From the NCBI GenBank assembly GCA_965220965.1, contig OZ244852.1, positions 256,001-320,000 of the forward strand: DNA of 64,000 bases, read 5' to 3'. The position numbers and the translations under genes were made by a program. This DNA is from Candidatus Marinacidobacterium sp. (GTDB lineage: Bacteria > Acidobacteriota > Vicinamibacteria > Marinacidobacterales > Marinacidobacteraceae). This document shows, piece by piece, positions 19,773 to 28,638 of the stretch. The first letter of the stretch is position 1, and each line of letters starts with the position of its first letter. The notes under the pieces were generated by a model. That model did no database searches. It was not told the origin of the DNA and saw nothing but the letters and a program-made list of their open reading frames with translations.

Positions 19773-20994
19773 GGCTGGGCTCGTCGGGTGCGAGCGCGGC
19801 CTCGATCTCCCGCCGCGCGCCAGCGTCGGATTCCACCTCGAGGCGGGCCCTCAGCGACGCCCGGGCGCGCCTCGGGCTCAGACGGGCGAGCGCCCAGGCG
19901 GCGTGCCCCCGGACGAGCGGCTCCTCGTGGTCGAGCGCGGCCGTCAGCGCCCGGAAAGCCCCCGGGCCCCCGGTGTTGCCGAGCGCCACGGCCACGTTCC
20001 GGAGGAAGCCGGCGTAGCCCGCCCGCCGGACCGCGCTACGGCGGGTCCGCTCCCGGAAGTCCTCGCGGGAGAGCGCGAGGAGCTCGATGAGCGTCTCTTC
20101 GTGGAGGCCGCCGGGCGTCGGGGCGAGCCGGGGCTCTTCCGCCTTCCCGGCGAAGCGGTTCCAGGGGCAGACGTCCTGGCAGTCGTCGCACCCGAAGATC
20201 CGGTCGCCGATGGCCTCCCGGAATTCCAGCGGGATCGGGCCGCGGAGCTCGATCGTGAGGTAGGAGATGCATCGGCGGCTGTCCACCACGTAGGGCGCCA
20301 CGATGGCGTCCGTCGGGCAGGCGGTCATGCACCGCGTGCAGGAGCCGCAGCGGTCCGGGTGGGCGTCGTCGGGGGGCAACGCGACCGGCAGGAGGAGCTC
20401 TCCGAGGAAGAACCAGGAGCTTCCCCGGGTGGCGATGACGTTCGAGTGCTTCCCGGTCCAGCCGATCCCGGCGCGCTCGGCGTAGGCCTTCTCAAGGAGC
20501 GGGCCGTGGTCGACAAGGACGGGGATCCGGCGGCGGGCGCCCCGGGAGCGAGGCGCGAGCAGTCCGCGCTCTTCGCCGACCTCCTCCGCCCAGCGCGCCA
20601 GCGCCCGCAGCTTCGCCTCCACGACCCGGTGGTAGTCCTCGCCGCGGGCGTACTGCGAGACGACGCCGCCGCCCCCGGGCGCGGTCGCCGCCTCGCCGGC
20701 GTAGTAGTTCAGCGCGCAGACCACGACCGTCCGGTCGGAACCGGCGCGGTCGTCCTCCCCGGAGCAACGCTCCGGGGACCGGGACATCCACCCCATCTCC
20801 CCGTGCCGCCCGTCCGCGAGCCACTCGCGGAAGCGCCTGCCGGCGAGCGGCAGGCGCGAAGGCGCGAAGCCCACCGCGCTGAACCCGAGCCTGAACCCCT
20901 CCTCGCGCAGCGCCTCCCGGAAAGCGCGCCGCGTCGCTTCGTCGGGAGGGACCGAGGCTTCCGTTGGGAGCGAGTCCCGGGTCCGGACGGACAT
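19750..20994 (-). CDS. queG: Epoxyqueuosine reductase QueG with C-terminal HEAT repeat
   Basis: SQYARGEDYH, AGIGWTGK, CGSCTRCMTACPT, CISYLTIE, GCDDCQDVCPWN. Confidence 0.93.
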   Translation of the reverse strand: MSVRTRDSLPTEASVPPDEATRRAFREALREEGFRLGFSAVGFAPSRLPLAGRRFREWLADGRHGEMGWMSRSPERCSGEDDRAGSDRTVVVCALNYYAGEAATAPGGGGVVSQYARGEDYHRVVEAKLRALARWAEEVGEERGLLAPRSRGARRRIPVLVDHGPLLEKAYAERAGIGWTGKHSNVIATRGSSWFFLGELLLPVALPPDDAHPDRCGSCTRCMTACPTDAIVAPYVVDSRRCISYLTIELRGPIPLEFREAIGDRIFGCDDCQDVCPWNRFAGKAEEPRLAPTPGGLHEETLIELLALSREDFRERTRRSAVRRAGYAGFLRNVAVALGNTGGPGAFRALTAALDHEEPLVRGHAAWALARLSPRRARASLRARLEVESDAGARREIEAALAPDEPSLSAPGGD

Positions 20995-21026
20995 GGGGAC
21001 GCGGCGAGCGCCGGTCTCCCGTCCCG

Positions 21027-21836
21027 TTACTTCAACAGGATGAACCGGCGATGGAGCGGCTGGACCGGACGGGCGTTCATCGGGTAGAGGGCCCGGAAGG
21101 CGTCGACCTGCGCCTGAGAGACGGCGATGGAGTCCGTCATCACGACCCAGCTCACGACTTCCGAACACGGCGGCGTGGTCAGCGAGCCGGCGTAGCGGAA
21201 ATAACCGCGTCCTTCGGGGAGGAAGGCGTTCAGGTCGATGCCGGTGAGCGGAGCAGGCGCCTCGTCGACGCCGGGGATGGCGTCCCAGACCGCCTGCAGA
21301 GCGGGATGGGCGTCGCCGGCATCCAGAAAGACGCCGATGACCGCGAGGTCTCCCTCTTCGGCCTGGTGGACGAAGTGGACCTCCAGGGGAAAGGCCGCGC
21401 TTTCGACGGTGTGCTCGCTGGGGGCGTGGAAGTGGAACTGGACGAGCGAGAACCGCCGCCCCTCGAGCGTGATCGAGCTTCCGGCCGACATGTTGACCTG
21501 GATCGTGTGTCCGTTGTCGATGACCTCGCCGTCGGTGGGCGCCCACTCGATGTCGAGCCCGCCGCCGCCGGCTGGAATCGCGCCCGTCAGGTCGATCGGG
21601 GACTGCTGGACGCCGGCGTCACAGATCGCGAACGAGGGGTGGAGGGCGCCCCACCGGTCCGGACCGATGTCCCCCTCGTAGCCCCAGTGAACCTCGGCGC
21701 TCTCGGCCTCCTCGGTGTGTTCCGCATCCATGGATTCCCCCTCGGCCGGGTCCGGCCCATCCGCCTGGCACGCTATCTGAGCGCCCGCCAGGCAGACGAT
21801 GGCGAGGCCCATCCGGATCGAGTGATGGTCTGTCAT
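21027..21836 (-). CDS. Alpha-carbonic anhydrase, probable lipoprotein
   Basis: HWGY, QSPID, QFHFHAPSEH, EVHFVH, GSLTTPPCSE; lipobox-like QIAC. GGAGGAG RBS before ATG 21836. Confidence 0.95.
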   Translation of the reverse strand: MTDHHSIRMGLAIVCLAGAQIACQADGPDPAEGESMDAEHTEEAESAEVHWGYEGDIGPDRWGALHPSFAICDAGVQQSPIDLTGAIPAGGGGLDIEWAPTDGEVIDNGHTIQVNMSAGSSITLEGRRFSLVQFHFHAPSEHTVESAAFPLEVHFVHQAEEGDLAVIGVFLDAGDAHPALQAVWDAIPGVDEAPAPLTGIDLNAFLPEGRGYFRYAGSLTTPPCSEVVSWVVMTDSIAVSQAQVDAFRALYPMNARPVQPLHRRFILLK

Positions 21837-21880
21837 GTTGCTCCTCCGCACACTGTGTCGACGGCCCGGCGCGCCGTTAT

Positions 21881-21994
21881 TCCGACGGCCTCACCGCGAC
21901 CCCCTCCTGGACGCTGTCGCCCGGGTAGACGATAACCCGGTCCTCCGCTTCGAGTCCCTCGAGCACCTGCGCTTCCCGCTGGTTGCGCTCGCCG
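21881..21994. repeat. 114-bp direct repeat, copy A (orphan duplicate of the 3' end of the HlyD/MFP gene)
   Basis: Matches 23005-23118 at 111/114 nt. On the minus strand it reads GERNQREAQVLEGLEAEDRVIVYPGDSVQEGVAVRPSE, followed by TAA. Confidence 0.95.
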
Positions 21995-22000
21995 CGCAAC

Positions 22001-22291
22001 TCACTCGGCCTGCTCCAGTCGCTGGCGCAACGCCTCCGCTTCCAGCTCCAGCTCTTCGAGGATACGCGGAAGGATCTTCTGTTCCCGCTCGATCCTCAGA
22101 CTCGTGCCCACGCCGGTCGCCGAGAAGAACTGCTGCTGGTTCGTTCGCGCGCATTCCGGACACATCGCGACAAGGACCGCCAGGATGAGAAACGGAACGA
22201 GCGCGCCGGCGATCACCCAGTACTGACCCCCTCGCCGATAGCCGTCAAGAATGCGGCGCGCCAGACCGCGGGCCGCTTCGATCCGCCTCAT
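22001..22291 (-). CDS. Orphan bitopic membrane protein with coiled coil (96 aa), paralog of 22288-22905
   Basis: ATG 22291 overlaps the upstream TGA (ATGA). Shares ARRxxxGYRRxGxxW-TM-TSLRxExE with its neighbour. Confidence 0.65.
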   Translation of the reverse strand: MRRIEAARGLARRILDGYRRGGQYWVIAGALVPFLILAVLVAMCPECARTNQQQFFSATGVGTSLRIEREQKILPRILEELELEAEALRQRLEQAE

Positions 22292-22905
22292 GGCGTGAAG
22301 TCCGGCTCCGTCGGCGGAGCCCAGCCCATGCAGACCGCAACACACTCGGTCTGCCACTCGCCGTCCGGCCACAGCAGAACGGATCCGCCAGCCAGAACAC
22401 CTGCGTGGGGCCACAGCGTGCTCAACAACGTCGCGCCGGCCAGAACACCGGCCAGGGGGTACTTGACCTGCCGCCTTCGGGTGTCGCATCCCTTGCTGCA
22501 CCACGAATACTGGAGACCCGTATCCCCGATTGGCTCATAACGGATCGAAGCCTGTGGGTCAGAGTCGATTCCGGGAGCGCTGACAGATGGAGCGCTCGCC
22601 CCGTCCCACTGCGGTGGGCCCGGTGAGACTTCGGATGCAACGCCTGCGATCACTGCTCGCTCCCGAAGTTCCTCGATTTCGCGGGACAGGGATTCGACCC
22701 TGCGCCAGTCTTCCCGCCATTCGTCCTCCATACGAAGCGACGTGTTCATGGACAGGATCTGTCCCACAAAGCCACTGGCGAAGAACGATGTGAAGACCAG
22801 GCCCACTACCAGGAAATACGCGGTCGCCATCCAGGGTCGGCCAGACCGCCGATAGCCTGCGGCCATGCGCCTGGCGACCTGCCGCAATGAGAACCTATGG
22901 TTCAT
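22288..22905 (-). CDS. Orphan bitopic membrane protein with coiled coil and Cys-containing C-terminal region (205 aa)
   Basis: Basic N-terminus, one TM segment, coiled coil, Pro/Ser linker, two CxxxC pairs; paralogous to the downstream ORF. Confidence 0.65.
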   Translation of the reverse strand: MNHRFSLRQVARRMAAGYRRSGRPWMATAYFLVVGLVFTSFFASGFVGQILSMNTSLRMEDEWREDWRRVESLSREIEELRERAVIAGVASEVSPGPPQWDGASAPSVSAPGIDSDPQASIRYEPIGDTGLQYSWCSKGCDTRRRQVKYPLAGVLAGATLLSTLWPHAGVLAGGSVLLWPDGEWQTECVAVCMGWAPPTEPDFTP

Positions 22906-22997
22906 GGAATGTTGACGACGGTCTCGTCAGGAACGCAGCCAAGGCGATTCCACCGACAGTATTCCGTGTTTGGCGCTCGCCCCGGTGAAGGCCTCGT

Positions 22998-24227
22998 TCA
23001 CGGCTCCGACGGCCTCACTGCGACCCCCTCCTGGACGCTGTCGCCCGGGTAGACGATAACCCGGTCCTCCGCTTCGAGTCCCTCGAGCACCTGCGCCTCC
23101 TGCTGGTTGCGCTCGCCGATGCTGACGGTCCGCTCGCTCGCCTGACCGTCTGCGAGCACAAAGACGGCCCAGTCTTCCCCGCGGCGGAAGAGCGCGCCCA
23201 CCGGGACCTTGAGAGCGTCGTCGGTCTCCCAGACGACGACCCGGGTCTCCACCCGGTAGCCGTCGCCCAGACGGCTGCGCGCCTCGAACGGCTCCTCGAG
23301 CGCGATGACCACGTTGACGCGCTGCTCCTCGACGCCGAGCGCCGAGATCTTCGTGAACCCGTGGGGCTCCACCCGCAGGACGCGACCCTCGAGCGGCCGG
23401 TCGCCGCCCCAGCGATCCACCAGCGCGCGCTGGCCGGCGCGCATCCGCACGGCGTCGTTCGAGAGATAGTCGGTCACGACTTCGAGCTCCCGGGGATCTC
23501 CCACCTCGAGCAGGGGCTCGCCGGCGGGGACCACGGCTTCGCTCTCGCGCAGCCGCCGCAGCACGACGCCGTCGACCGGCGAGAAGATCCGGAGTTCCTC
23601 CGGATTCTGGCCGGGCGCGCTGTCGCGGGGACCGGTAACGCGGGCCGGATGGAACCGAAGCAGCCGGGCGCGCGCCGCGGCGAGGCGGCCCCGGGCGTCG
23701 CGGGCCGCGAATTCCGCCGCCTCGAGGGCCTCCTGCCGGGTGTCGAGCGCGAGCCGCGCGGCGTCCAGCCGGTCCGCCGAAACCACCCCGTCCTCACGGA
23801 GGCGGGTGAGACGGTCCAGCGTCGCCTGGGCGTGCGCCCGTTCGGCGGCCGCCTGCTCGTGCAGCGCTTCCGCCTGACCCACCGCGGCCTCCGCCGCCTC
23901 GACGGCGGCCTCCGATTCGGCGCGCCGGCGCGGATCCAGCGGGATCGGCGCGGCCGGCAGGAAGGCGGCGAGGATCGTTTCCCCGGCGAGCACCGGGTCG
24001 CCGGGTTCGAACTCGATGCGGAGAACCCGTCCGGCGACCGGCGCCGAGACCAGGAACCGGTCCCGGACCCGCGTTTCTCCCTCATCGTCGAGCGTGACCT
24101 CGAGCGGGCCTCGGACCACCGGCGCGAGCTCCACCGGAACCGGGCGCGGGCGGGAGGCGAGGGCGATGAGCGCCACGAGGATGAGTCCCCCGAGGCCCCA
24201 GACCACGAGCCGCCTTCGGTTCTTCAT
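22998..24227 (-). CDS. HlyD/MFP-family efflux periplasmic adaptor subunit
   Basis: N-terminal anchor, VSAPVAGRV, helical hairpin, IFSPVDGVV, KISALGVEEQRVNV. Confidence 0.92.
   Translation of the reverse strand: MKNRRRLVVWGLGGLILVALIALASRPRPVPVELAPVVRGPLEVTLDDEGETRVRDRFLVSAPVAGRVLRIEFEPGDPVLAGETILAAFLPAAPIPLDPRRRAESEAAVEAAEAAVGQAEALHEQAAAERAHAQATLDRLTRLREDGVVSADRLDAARLALDTRQEALEAAEFAARDARGRLAAARARLLRFHPARVTGPRDSAPGQNPEELRIFSPVDGVVLRRLRESEAVVPAGEPLLEVGDPRELEVVTDYLSNDAVRMRAGQRALVDRWGGDRPLEGRVLRVEPHGFTKISALGVEEQRVNVVIALEEPFEARSRLGDGYRVETRVVVWETDDALKVPVGALFRRGEDWAVFVLADGQASERTVSIGERNQQEAQVLEGLEAEDRVIVYPGDSVQEGVAVRPSEP
23005..23118. repeat. 114-bp direct repeat, copy B (within the 3' end of the intact MFP gene)
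   Basis: 111/114 identical to 21881-21994. Confidence 0.95.
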
Positions 24228-24251
24228 TCGGTCTTCATCCTTCCCCGGTGA

Positions 24252-26618
24252 TTATTCCCGCGTCTTCAGGACTTCCACCAGGTCGAGACGGCGCAGCCGG
24301 TGGCGCACCAGGATGGCGGAGAGCGCGGTGGCGACCGCCACCGCGGCGGCCGACAGCGCGAAAGTGGCTGGCTCGGCCACCAGCGGCATGCGGAAGAGCT
24401 CCGTCTCGTAGGCGGCCAGCATTCCGGCGAGCATCGAGTAGCCGAGCGCCAGGCCGACCGGGATGGCGACCGCGGTCAGGACTCCCAGCTCGCCGAAGAG
24501 CACGACCCCGATCTCGGCGCGGGTGAAGCCCATGACCCGCATGCTCGCCAGTTCGCGGCTTCGCTCCGAAAGCGAGATCCGCGCCGTGTTGTAGATCACC
24601 CCGAAGGCGATCACCAGCGCGAAGAGGAGGTTGATCGCCATCGTGTTGCTCATGTTCTCGGCCACGAAGGTCTCGAAGTTCTCGATCATCGCGTGCTGAA
24701 GGGCAACGGCGGCGACGACCGGCATCGCCTTGAGAGCGGCGTAGACCGACTCCCGCTCCAGTGGATCGATCCCGAGCGCCGCCCCGGTGAGGTTCGCCGA
24801 GTCCTGGAGGAAGCGCTGGAGATCCTCCGTCTCCATGTAGGCGGAAACGCCCATCAGGTCGTCCACCAGTCCGCCGACGATCATGTCGCGCTCCGGGCGG
24901 GTTCCCTGGAGCGCCTCGACGCGGATCGTGTCGCCCGGCCGCACTCCGAGCGTCTCGGCGAGCATCCGGGAAAGGATCAGCCCACCGCCGTCGAGTTCGA
25001 CCGGCCGCGAGTCCACCCCGACGACGCGCATGAGCCGGGCGTCGGGTCGGGTCGCCTGGATCGCCACCTGCCGGCTGCGATTCCCGTGACGGAGCCGCGC
25101 GGGCGCGCCCCCGGTGGGCTCCACTTCGAGGATCCCCGGGAGCGCCGCCAGCTCGTAGGCGGCGGCCTGGCCCTCCGGCTCCACGAAGGTGACGGTGAGG
25201 TCCTGCCGCTGGACCACATCGAACTGGATCCGCATCAACTCCTCGATGGAGTCGAGGGAAGCGCCGGCGAGAACCATGATCGCGCCGGAAAACGCGATCC
25301 CGACGATGGACATCACCGCGCGGCCGGGACGCCGGGAGAGGTTCCGCAGGACCATCCGCGCCGGCTGGCTCAGCCACCGCCGCAGGCCCAGCCGTTCGAG
25401 CCACGACACGCGAAACGCCTCGGGCGCCGCCGGGCGCATCGCCTCCGCGGGAGGGAGCCGCACCACGCTGCGCACCGCGGTGGCCGCGCCCAGGGCGGCC
25501 GCCCCGCCGCAGGCGAGGAGGGCCGCCGAGATGTGCGCCCAGTTCCAGTCCGGGACGAGCGCCGGGAACCGGTAGTAGTCCATGTAGAGACCGAGCATCG
25601 CCGAGCTCAGGAGCGCTCCGAGGGCGATCCCGAGCGCGCCCCCGGCGACCGAGACGAGGATGGCCCAGTGCGCGAAGTGGGCGCCGAGGCGCGCGCTGGA
25701 GTAACCGATCGCCTTGAGAACGGCGATCTGCTCGCGCTGGACGGCGACCAGCCGCCGCAACACCACGTTCAGCAGGAATGCGGCGATCCCCAGGAAGATC
25801 ATCGGCAGAAGCAGCGCCATGCCGCGAAGCCCGGTGAGCTCGTTCTGGAGGTACCAGTTGGAGACCTGCTGCGCGCGGGGAATCGCGCCGAGGCCGCCGT
25901 AGGGCTCGAGGAGACGGTCCAGTTCGGTGATGGCCGGGCCGGCGGGCGCGCCCTCGGCGAGGGACAGCAGGATGTCGTTGAAGCCGCCCTCCATGTCGAA
26001 TGCGGTGGCGATGTGCTCCCGCGTCATCCAGAAGATCCCGAAGCGACGGGGATCGGGAATCAGGTCCCCGCCTCCGATCGCGTAGACGAACTCGGGCGAC
26101 AGGGCGGTCCCGACGATTTCGAGCCGCTGTCGCCGGCCGTTCAGCACCGCGAAGACGGCGTCGCCCGGCTCGAGGCCGTGCGCCGCCGCGAAGCGTTCGT
26201 TGACGAGGGTCTCCTCGGCCCGCTCCGGGTCGGGCCAGCGTCCCGAACGGAGCGTCAGGTCGTTCAGCGCCGGCCGGCCGCGGTCCGGGATCGAGATGAG
26301 CCTGCCGTTCACCGGTTCGCTGACTCCGGGCACGTCGAGCGTGACGCCGGCGACCACGCGGGTGGCGACGCGGTCCACGCCCGGGAGTCGGGCGAGTTCC
26401 GGAGTCACCCACCGGGGGACCCGCTTGGCCGACGCGAAGACATCGGCGAACGCCGCCCGCGCGTAGTAGCTGTCGCGGGTCCGCTCCAGCGTGTCGAAGC
26501 AGGTGAGCGACGCGACCAGCAGCGCGATGCCGGCGGCGACCACGACCGAGATGGCGAGCGCCATCGAGCGCATCCGCCAGAGGTCGCGGAACAGCTTGCG
26601 GTCGAGCGCCGGGATCAT
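24252..26618 (-). CDS. ABC transporter permease (MacB/FtsX-like, duplicated halves)
   Basis: LDRKLFRDLWR; two FtsX motifs (QREQIAVLKAIGYS, ERSRELASMRVMGFT). Confidence 0.92.
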   Translation of the reverse strand: MIPALDRKLFRDLWRMRSMALAISVVVAAGIALLVASLTCFDTLERTRDSYYARAAFADVFASAKRVPRWVTPELARLPGVDRVATRVVAGVTLDVPGVSEPVNGRLISIPDRGRPALNDLTLRSGRWPDPERAEETLVNERFAAAHGLEPGDAVFAVLNGRRQRLEIVGTALSPEFVYAIGGGDLIPDPRRFGIFWMTREHIATAFDMEGGFNDILLSLAEGAPAGPAITELDRLLEPYGGLGAIPRAQQVSNWYLQNELTGLRGMALLLPMIFLGIAAFLLNVVLRRLVAVQREQIAVLKAIGYSSARLGAHFAHWAILVSVAGGALGIALGALLSSAMLGLYMDYYRFPALVPDWNWAHISAALLACGGAAALGAATAVRSVVRLPPAEAMRPAAPEAFRVSWLERLGLRRWLSQPARMVLRNLSRRPGRAVMSIVGIAFSGAIMVLAGASLDSIEELMRIQFDVVQRQDLTVTFVEPEGQAAAYELAALPGILEVEPTGGAPARLRHGNRSRQVAIQATRPDARLMRVVGVDSRPVELDGGGLILSRMLAETLGVRPGDTIRVEALQGTRPERDMIVGGLVDDLMGVSAYMETEDLQRFLQDSANLTGAALGIDPLERESVYAALKAMPVVAAVALQHAMIENFETFVAENMSNTMAINLLFALVIAFGVIYNTARISLSERSRELASMRVMGFTRAEIGVVLFGELGVLTAVAIPVGLALGYSMLAGMLAAYETELFRMPLVAEPATFALSAAAVAVATALSAILVRHRLRRLDLVEVLKTRE

Positions 26619-26664
26619 GTCGACAACCGTGGCGCGCCCTCGCGCGCGGCGGAAAGGCGCCGGG

Positions 26665-27405
26665 TCACCACTGGACCGAGGAGGTCGCGGCGCGCGTGGC
26701 GTTGCGCCGCTCCCGGGAGATGCGGCCGTCGGCGAGCGAGACGACCCGGTCGGCGATCGCCGAGATCGCTTCGTTGTGGGTGATGATCGCGGTCGTCGCT
26801 CCGTATTCCCGGTTCACGCGCGCGATCGCCTCGAGCACCTGGACGCCGGTCGTCACGTCGAGCGCGCCGGTCGGTTCGTCGCACAGGAGGATATCCGGCC
26901 GTTTCGCGATCGCGCGGGCGATGGCCACCCGCTGCTGTTCGCCTCCGGACATCTGCGAGGGGAAGTGGTCGGCGCGGGGCCCCAGGCCGACGATGTCGAG
27001 CGCCTCCCCGGCGGGCAGGGGGTCGTCGGAGATTTCGGTCACCAGCTCGACGTTCTCGCGGGCGGTGAGCGAGGGGATCAGGTTGTAGAACTGGAAAACG
27101 AAGCCCACCCGGCGGCGCCGGTAGCGCGTCAGCGCGGTCTCGTCGGCCTCGGTCAGATCCCGTCCCCGGTAGAACACCTTTCCGGCGGTCGGGACGTCCA
27201 GTCCGCCGAGGATGTTCAGCAGGGTGGACTTGCCGCTTCCCGACGGGCCGAGGAGCACGACGAACTCGCCGTCCCGGAAATCGAAGCTCACGCCCCGGAG
27301 CGCGTGCACCTCGACCTCGCCCATCTGGTAGACCTTGGTCACTTCCCGCATCGAAACCGCGGGTTCACCGTTCCGGGAGGCGCGGCCGTCCGGGGACCCG
27401 CTCAT
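26665..27405 (-). CDS. ABC transporter ATP-binding protein (LolD/MacB-like)
   Basis: [37 protein letters not shown]. Confidence 0.95.
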   Translation of the reverse strand: MSGSPDGRASRNGEPAVSMREVTKVYQMGEVEVHALRGVSFDFRDGEFVVLLGPSGSGKSTLLNILGGLDVPTAGKVFYRGRDLTEADETALTRYRRRRVGFVFQFYNLIPSLTARENVELVTEISDDPLPAGEALDIVGLGPRADHFPSQMSGGEQQRVAIARAIAKRPDILLCDEPTGALDVTTGVQVLEAIARVNREYGATTAIITHNEAISAIADRVVSLADGRISRERRNATRAATSSVQW

Positions 27406-27406
27406 T

Positions 27407-28621
27407 TCAGGGTTGGCCGGCCGAAGGACCGGGCGCCGCCGCTTCGCTGTCGCCGAGCCGCCGCATCAGGCAGTCGGCGAACAGCGGCGCGGTGAAGGCG
27501 GTGTCTCCGTGCGCCGGACTCCAGATCATCCCCTTGTTGATGAGTGTCTTGCGGGTTGGCCCGAGCGCGGTCACCGGTCTGCCGAGGACCCGGGCGATCG
27601 CCCCGGAACGATGCGGTCCCTCGCCCAGACTGGCCATCGCCTGCAGATACTTGCGCTCGGAAGGCGTCAACCGCCCCATCCGCACCCGGAAGAACCCTTC
27701 ATCGAGAGCCGCCCTTGCTGCTGTCGACGCCCGCTCCACATCCTCGACGGAGATCGGCGGTCCGCTGGCGACATCCCACGCGTGTTTGCCCCATTCCTGC
27801 AGAAAGTACGGGTACCCGCGGGTTTCTTCAAAGATCCTCTGGACAGCGGCGTCGCTGATCGCGACCCCCTGAGCCCAGGCGGGCCTGCGAACGGCTCGCT
27901 CCGTCGCCGCGCGGTCGAGGGGCCCGACGAAGGCGAAGTCGAACAGCCGCTCGGCGCAGGACTTCGCCCGCGCCGTCCTCCCCACGAGCTCGGGGAGACC
28001 CGCCCCCACCAGCGCCACCGGGCTCTCCTCCTGGGAGGTCCGGTGGAGCGCGACAACCAGCGCCGCCAGTTCATCCTCGCGGACGTGCTGGAGCTCGTCC
28101 ACGAACAGCGCGAGCGCGGTCCCGGCCTTGTGGGCGGCGGCGCCGGCGGCGAGAAGCAGCGCGGTGAGGTCCTGCTCCAGATCCCCGTTGTCCGCGAGCC
28201 CCGGCTCCGGGTTCGCGTCGTCCGCAATGTGGATGTCCTGGTACTGCGCCTTCAGGCCGCGGGCGAACCCCGCCAGACCGCGCAGGGCGCGCCGGGCGAG
28301 ATCCCGGGTCTTCTGGCTCCGGGACAGCTTCAGCAGAACTTCGCGGAGCGGCGGGCCCAGAAGGGCCGGGAGGGAGCGCCCTTCGGAGGCCTCCAGAAAG
28401 AGTGTGGAGAGCCCCGCGGACTCCGCGTCGTTCCGCATCCGGATGAGCAGGACGGTCTTGCCGACGCCTCGGAGACCAGCCATGAGGACGCTCCGGGCGG
28501 GGCGTCCGACCCGGGTCCGGTGGAGCGCGACCCGGACCCGCTCGCGCAGGTCGTCCCGCCCGGCCAGCTCCGGTGGCGGCGTTCCCGCGCCTGGGGAGAA
28601 CGGGTTGTTGATCGGATCCAC
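27407..28621 (-). CDS. AAA_16-type ATP-binding protein with C-terminal winged helix
   Basis: [14 protein letters not shown], Walker A GLRGVGKT, Walker B LFVDELQ, GYPYFLQ, and a wHTH-like tail. Start is GTG 28621 or 28633. Confidence 0.85.
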   Translation of the reverse strand: MDPINNPFSPGAGTPPPELAGRDDLRERVRVALHRTRVGRPARSVLMAGLRGVGKTVLLIRMRNDAESAGLSTLFLEASEGRSLPALLGPPLREVLLKLSRSQKTRDLARRALRGLAGFARGLKAQYQDIHIADDANPEPGLADNGDLEQDLTALLLAAGAAAHKAGTALALFVDELQHVREDELAALVVALHRTSQEESPVALVGAGLPELVGRTARAKSCAERLFDFAFVGPLDRAATERAVRRPAWAQGVAISDAAVQRIFEETRGYPYFLQEWGKHAWDVASGPPISVEDVERASTAARAALDEGFFRVRMGRLTPSERKYLQAMASLGEGPHRSGAIARVLGRPVTALGPTRKTLINKGMIWSPAHGDTAFTAPLFADCLMRRLGDSEAAAPGPSAGQP

Positions 28622-28638
28622 GCTGCGGTCCACCCGTC

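Larger units (their letters stand above)
21995..23004 (-). mobile_element. ~1-kb inserted cassette without recombinase, bounded by 114-bp direct repeats
   Basis: Flanking duplication, visibly lower GC than the flanks, and two orphan ORFs. Confidence 0.65.

Noticed and set aside
21982-23004. Cassette as an integron gene cassette
   Set aside because: No RYYYAAC...GTTRRRY attC arrangement and no integron integrase. The junction hairpin is short and has the wrong orientation and sequence.
21881-23118. 114-bp repeat pair as a diversity-generating retroelement TR/VR
   Set aside because: There is no reverse transcriptase in the window. The three differences go in both directions (two A>G, one G>A on the coding strand), so they are not adenine-specific from one template.
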